NCBI GenBank assembly: GCA_951406725.2
Contig: OX597820.1
Location: 58,838,001 to 58,902,000 of the forward strand
Length of the DNA stretch: 64,000 bases
Direction of reading: 5' to 3'
Origin: Octopus vulgaris
Lineage: Eukaryota
Program-made: the position numbers and the translations under genes
The notes under the pieces: model-generated
What the model saw: the letters and a program-made list of their open reading frames with translations, nothing else
What the model was told of the DNA's origin: nothing
Database searches by the model: none
In this document: piece after piece, positions 39,606 to 64,000 of the stretch
Numbering within the stretch: position 1 is the first letter of the stretch
Layout: each line of letters starts with the position of its first letter

Positions 39606-39650
<45 letters not shown>

Positions 39651-40030
39651 AATGAAGGAAAGGAGGAAGGAAGGAAGCATGGAAGAGGGACTGTTTGTGC
39701 TTTATGTGCATGTGAATATGACTGTGATGTATACGAAAGATTACATTTTTGGGCAACTGCTTAGCACATGTGCAATATAGTTCAATAGTCATTTACGTTT
39801 GCATCTTGCGAGTTTAAGGGCTTCACCATCTCTTTGTTCATTTGACATTCTACAGCTATCTCCTGCTTTTGGATTGCAAAAGGCATAACCAAGAGAGGCT
39901 ACAGTTCATGTTAATATTATTATCCTCCCCAAGCTTGCAGGAAGCATATCCAAGTATAACCTTTTTATTGTATGCAGAGTGTTTCTCTTCCAGGTCTTTG
40001 TTGACGTGGGATATTGATACGCGTATGGAT

Positions 40031-40505
40031 TTACAGGAGAATACCTTAGATATCTTCATCCTTCTGTGAAAAATTCGTCAGTGTCAGTTTTTCTATGGAA
40101 GTTTGCCGTTGATGTCAGGATATTACTGGTTTTAATGTCCAATTTTATTGTCTATAGAGCAGGTTTCCTCTAAAGACCAGTCAAGTATCCCAAATGTATC
40201 TGAACCAACACAGCAGATGCGTTGTAGGGCTGTTGTGTACATACACCACAACACCCCTTTGTATCGTCTATCTGTCCGAATATTTTGTTATCCTCAATTG
40301 CGCTTTTTGTTCCTTTTTATATTTATATATTCATTTAGCGGTGTACGTGCACACATGTTCTCTGTGTAGAATTGGACATTAAAACCAGCAATATCCTGAC
40401 ATCAACGGCAAACTTCCATAGAAAAACTGACACTGACGAATTTTTCAAAGAAGAAAAGGATGAAAAGATCTAAGATCAGTGCAGATCTCTGGTATTCTCC
40501 TGTAA
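40031..40505. repeat. Foldback/MITE-like element with 78-bp near-perfect inverted arms
   Basis: 40067-40144 versus 40370-40447 (one mismatch seen); outer TTACAGGAGAATACC / GGTATTCTCCTGTAA. Confidence 0.8.
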
Positions 40506-40681
40506 TACGTATGTATGTATGTATGTATGTATGTATGTATGTATGTATGTATGTGTCTATGTATATATGTACGTATGTATATAAGTACGTACGTACGTCC
40601 GTACGTATGTATGCATGTATGTATGTATGTATGTATGTATGTACGTACGTACGTACGTATGTATGTATGTCGCTCTCTCTC

Positions 40682-40717
<36 letters not shown>

Positions 40718-41931
40718 TGTATATGTCTGGTCACTTTCGAGTGCTACTGGTAACATGTAACCCAGTACAACCTGCTGCATGGTCGGGTCGTCGGCGACTA
40801 AACCGGCAACCCCACCAAGCTTGCTTGGTGAAGAGGGTTTTTATTGGACACCCTGCGGGATAAAAAACAAAACCCGTCAAAGGACGGAGGAATTCTTGAG
40901 AGTCAACGGCCATCCAATAAATGTCTTAAGGCTGTATCATGCGCGGGGACATAGAAATAATCGGACTGAATACCCGATCGCGCGGTTAAACCATTGGGAG
41001 TGAAGGGATCCTAGCCTTTGGTAGGGCATCCTTCTAGGAGAAGGTAACTCAGGTAACTGGGATAACTCCGACATAAAACCTGCAGCTCAGTGGTTACCGA
41101 TGATGTTGACTTGTTCTTCTTTTCGGATTATGGCTGTTGTTGCTTAGTGAGTGGGATTAACTCAGTGCACAGCCTTTCCTCACTTAAAAAAAATCTTCTT
41201 GCACAGGCATTGCACGATAACAACATTGATTTAGCTTCATGCAATGGCCATACTCGATAACGAGGGGGCAGCCACCATGTATGTATATATATGCCTGTTA
41301 TGTATGTATGCACGTATGAGTGCCTGTATGTATGTATGTATGTATGTATGTATGTGTCTTTATGTTTGTATGCATGTATGTATATGTATGTACGTACGTA
41401 CGTATGTATGTATGTGTCTATGTATATATGTATGTATGCATATAAGTACGTACGTACGTATGTATGTATGTATGTATGTATGTATGTATGTATGTATGTA
41501 TGTATGTATGTATGTATGTATGCATGCATGCATGCATGTATGTATGTATGTATGTATGTATGTATGTATGTATGTATGTATGTATGTATGTATGTATGTA
41601 TGTATGTAGAAAGTTAATTTGGCTTATATGAAATCTACTAATGAAAAGTAAAAAAGAAGACAAAAACAAAGACAAAAGCAATAGATATGAGTTTGGTGGA
41701 AAATTTAACTTGGAAAAGCAGAATCTAGGAAATTGTGACAATCTATGTTAGCAAATAGCATGTATAATAAGTTTATGCAGAAGTTATAAATATAGTTATC
41801 GTGAGTTAGCGGTGAAGTTTTAAGTTTTAGTCAAGACATCTTGGTCGGAAAAAATCGATATCTTTTCAGAACGCATTCTTATTTCTCCGACGATGTGTTC
41901 CACTAGAAAATTTTTGAACGTGTCTCCTTGC

Positions 41932-61705
<19,774 letters not shown>

Positions 61706-61931
61706 TTTCCTGCTGTTCACGGGTTAGCGCCTTTTTGATAAATGCAGTATAGCAAGCGGAGACGATTGCGTGTTTCACCGTGTGCATGGTGGGGTTGGGG
61801 GGAGGGAGGGAATGCAATTGAATAAGAAACCATTGTAAAATCATGTCCTGTTGACAAACATTTCTGTATATCACAGCGAACAATTTCACTTATCGCTATA
61901 AACAATGTTGCAAATGAACGACGGCCTCCCC

Positions 61932-61964
<33 letters not shown>

Positions 61965-62300
61965 ACTCTCTCTCTCTCTCTCTCAGCCTCTCGCTTTCTC
62001 TCTCTGTCTCTCTTTCTCATACAAACACAAACGCATACACGCACTCATACACACACAAGACTTTTATATTCGTTCACATAAACTGTATTACATGTTTTTA
62101 ATTCCTGCTCATGGTGAACAATGTTATTTTTGGCATAGGATGGCCAACCCACAGCGTACATTTAAGATATGCATAAATATAAACATGACTGCGTATGTAT
62201 TTATATGTATGTATACATGCATGCATGTATGTATGTATGTATGTATGTATGTATGTATGTATGTATGTATGTATGTATGTATGTATGTATGTATATATAA

Positions 62301-62361
<61 letters not shown>

Positions 62362-62363
<2 letters not shown>

Positions 62364-62722
62364 AATTATTGTATACAGTGCTCAGGTGCACCACAACTTG
62401 TCAGAAAGTGCGTATAAAGTATATGCAGTAATGTACAAATGTCTGGAAAGCGAACAATGTATGAGTCAGATACATGCCTGTGTGTATAGAGGGGAGAAAA
62501 TCAGGTGTAGTGTTGGCGAATCTCAGAAAGCATGGAAGTTTTGAAGGATGCAGTGCTCCGACAACTAACAACTGATGCCGGCAGTTTGTTCTATGCTTCA
62601 GCAACTCTCAGCGTGAAAAAATGCTTTCTTAAGTCATGGGAGCTGTGCTGTTTTCTGACTTTGTAAATATGTCTACGGGTGTTAGACGGGTGGAGTTTGA
62701 AAAGGTGCTCAGAGTTATTGTT
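62362..62722 (-). mobile_element. CR1/L2-group LINE 3' end with (ATT)n tail
   Basis: KHFFTLRVAEA*NKLPASVV...SFK. Confidence 0.7.
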
Positions 62723-62790
62723 TGTAAGATGGTTAATAATTTTATATGTATGTATGTATGTATGTATATGTGTGTGTGTATATGTGTGTG

Positions 62791-62846
<56 letters not shown>

Positions 62847-62914
62847 CATCTATCTATCTATCTATCTTGTCTGTATGCCTGCTTGTCTATCTTTCTACAT
62901 ACATACATATATGT

Positions 62915-64000
62915 TCCCACTGATACTGATGTGAGGGAAACGAACGAAGTTGACTCCCAACACAAAATCGCAGACATAACCTTCACTGCCACCGACATCG
63001 TAGCAGCAATAAATGAGGTCAAACATTACTCTGCTGTAGGCCCTGATAGATTTCCCGCTAGTCTCCTGAAGATATGTAGATATTAACTTGCAGTCCCTCT
63101 GACCAACCTCTGGAGAAACTCGTTAGACGCAGGTTATATACCGAAACAGTTTCTATCCCAGTCGGTCATCCCGGTTTTCAAACAGGGAAACAGATCCCTC
63201 GCAGTCAACTATCGCCCAATCTCACTCACCTCCCACATCATTAAAGTGTTTGAAAGAGTGTTAAGATCAAGGATAGCTGACTTCCTGGAGACCCACAAAC
63301 TCCTAAATTCAAATCAGCATGTCTTTCGCTGTGGCAGGGACTGTCTAACACAGCTCTTACACCACATTGAAGATGTACTCAAAGCCTTGGGAACAGGTTC
63401 GAACTCTGACGTCATATATCTTGACTTCAGTAAAGCGTTCGACAGGGTAGACCATAACATCCTACTCTCAAAATTGGCAAACGTTGGAATCCGTGGAAAA
63501 GTTCTACACTGGATTCAGTATTTCCTGGCGAATAGAACACAACATGTTGTAGTTGATGGAGTCCACTCAAACCCAGCAAAAGACACCAGCGGTGTTCCCC
63601 AGGGAACTTTTTTGGGTCCGCTACTCTTCATAATTTACGTAAACGACCTTTCCAGTGTCGTACATCACTGCAAAGTGAAAATATTCGCTGATGACACTAA
63701 GCTCCAGCAAATCGTCAATGAAGAAGCAGACCGAACTCAACTCCAGTCTGATCTATATGCTGTGAGTCAATGGGCAGACAGAAACAAAATGCAACTGAAT
63801 GAGGGAAAATTTGAGCTAATGCATTTTGGAAGAAATTCCTCAATAAAACAACCATACTCTCTTCCTTCAGGGGAACCGCTCACAGCCTCTAACAATATCA
63901 GAGACCTGGGTGTAATTGTTGATGACGATCTCAGTTGGAGTGCACACATCAACAAGAAGGTCGATATAGCTCGTAGGATGAGTTCCTGGATCTTAAGAAC
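62915..64000 (+). mobile_element. CR1-group LINE RT region, runs off the window
   Basis: GPDRFPA, NYRPISLTS, YLDFSKAFDRVDH, SGVPQGTFLGPLLF, IFADD, RDLGV; one stop at 63084. Confidence 0.9.

Overview
Eukaryotic, AT-rich, microsatellite- and retroposon-dense DNA. The SINE families and repeat landscape look like an Octopus (cephalopod) genome; this is an inference. Most ORFs in the track are microsatellite or transposon artefacts. The real host content is ten phase-0 exons, split by long introns, from three divergent paralogues of MMACHC/CblC, the cobalamin-processing chaperone, with the human 4-exon layout. Paralogue C is complete on the minus strand (61705-41932, 268 aa). Paralogues A and B are scrambled. 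The 12.6 kb between two inverted hAT (Buster/SPIN-type) copies appears inverted: the 8-bp target duplication CTCTAGAC at the left end of copy 1 is found at the right end of copy 2, and the exon sets are swapped accordingly. All three paralogues lack the glutathione-binding Arg161 and Arg206, Asp104 and the PNRRP loop of human MMACHC. They have gained shared Cys and N-glycosylation sequons, and paralogue C has a hydrophobic N-terminus, which suggests a neofunctionalised, possibly secreted family. Also present: Dong/R4-like LINEs in (AAT)n, Tx1-like LINE pieces in (GATA)n, RTE, CR1 and Penelope fragments, several Penelope-type hammerhead ribozyme motifs, mariner/Tc1/hAT/Helitron derivatives and many SINEs. 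Alignments to human MMACHC were done by eye from my memory of the sequence.
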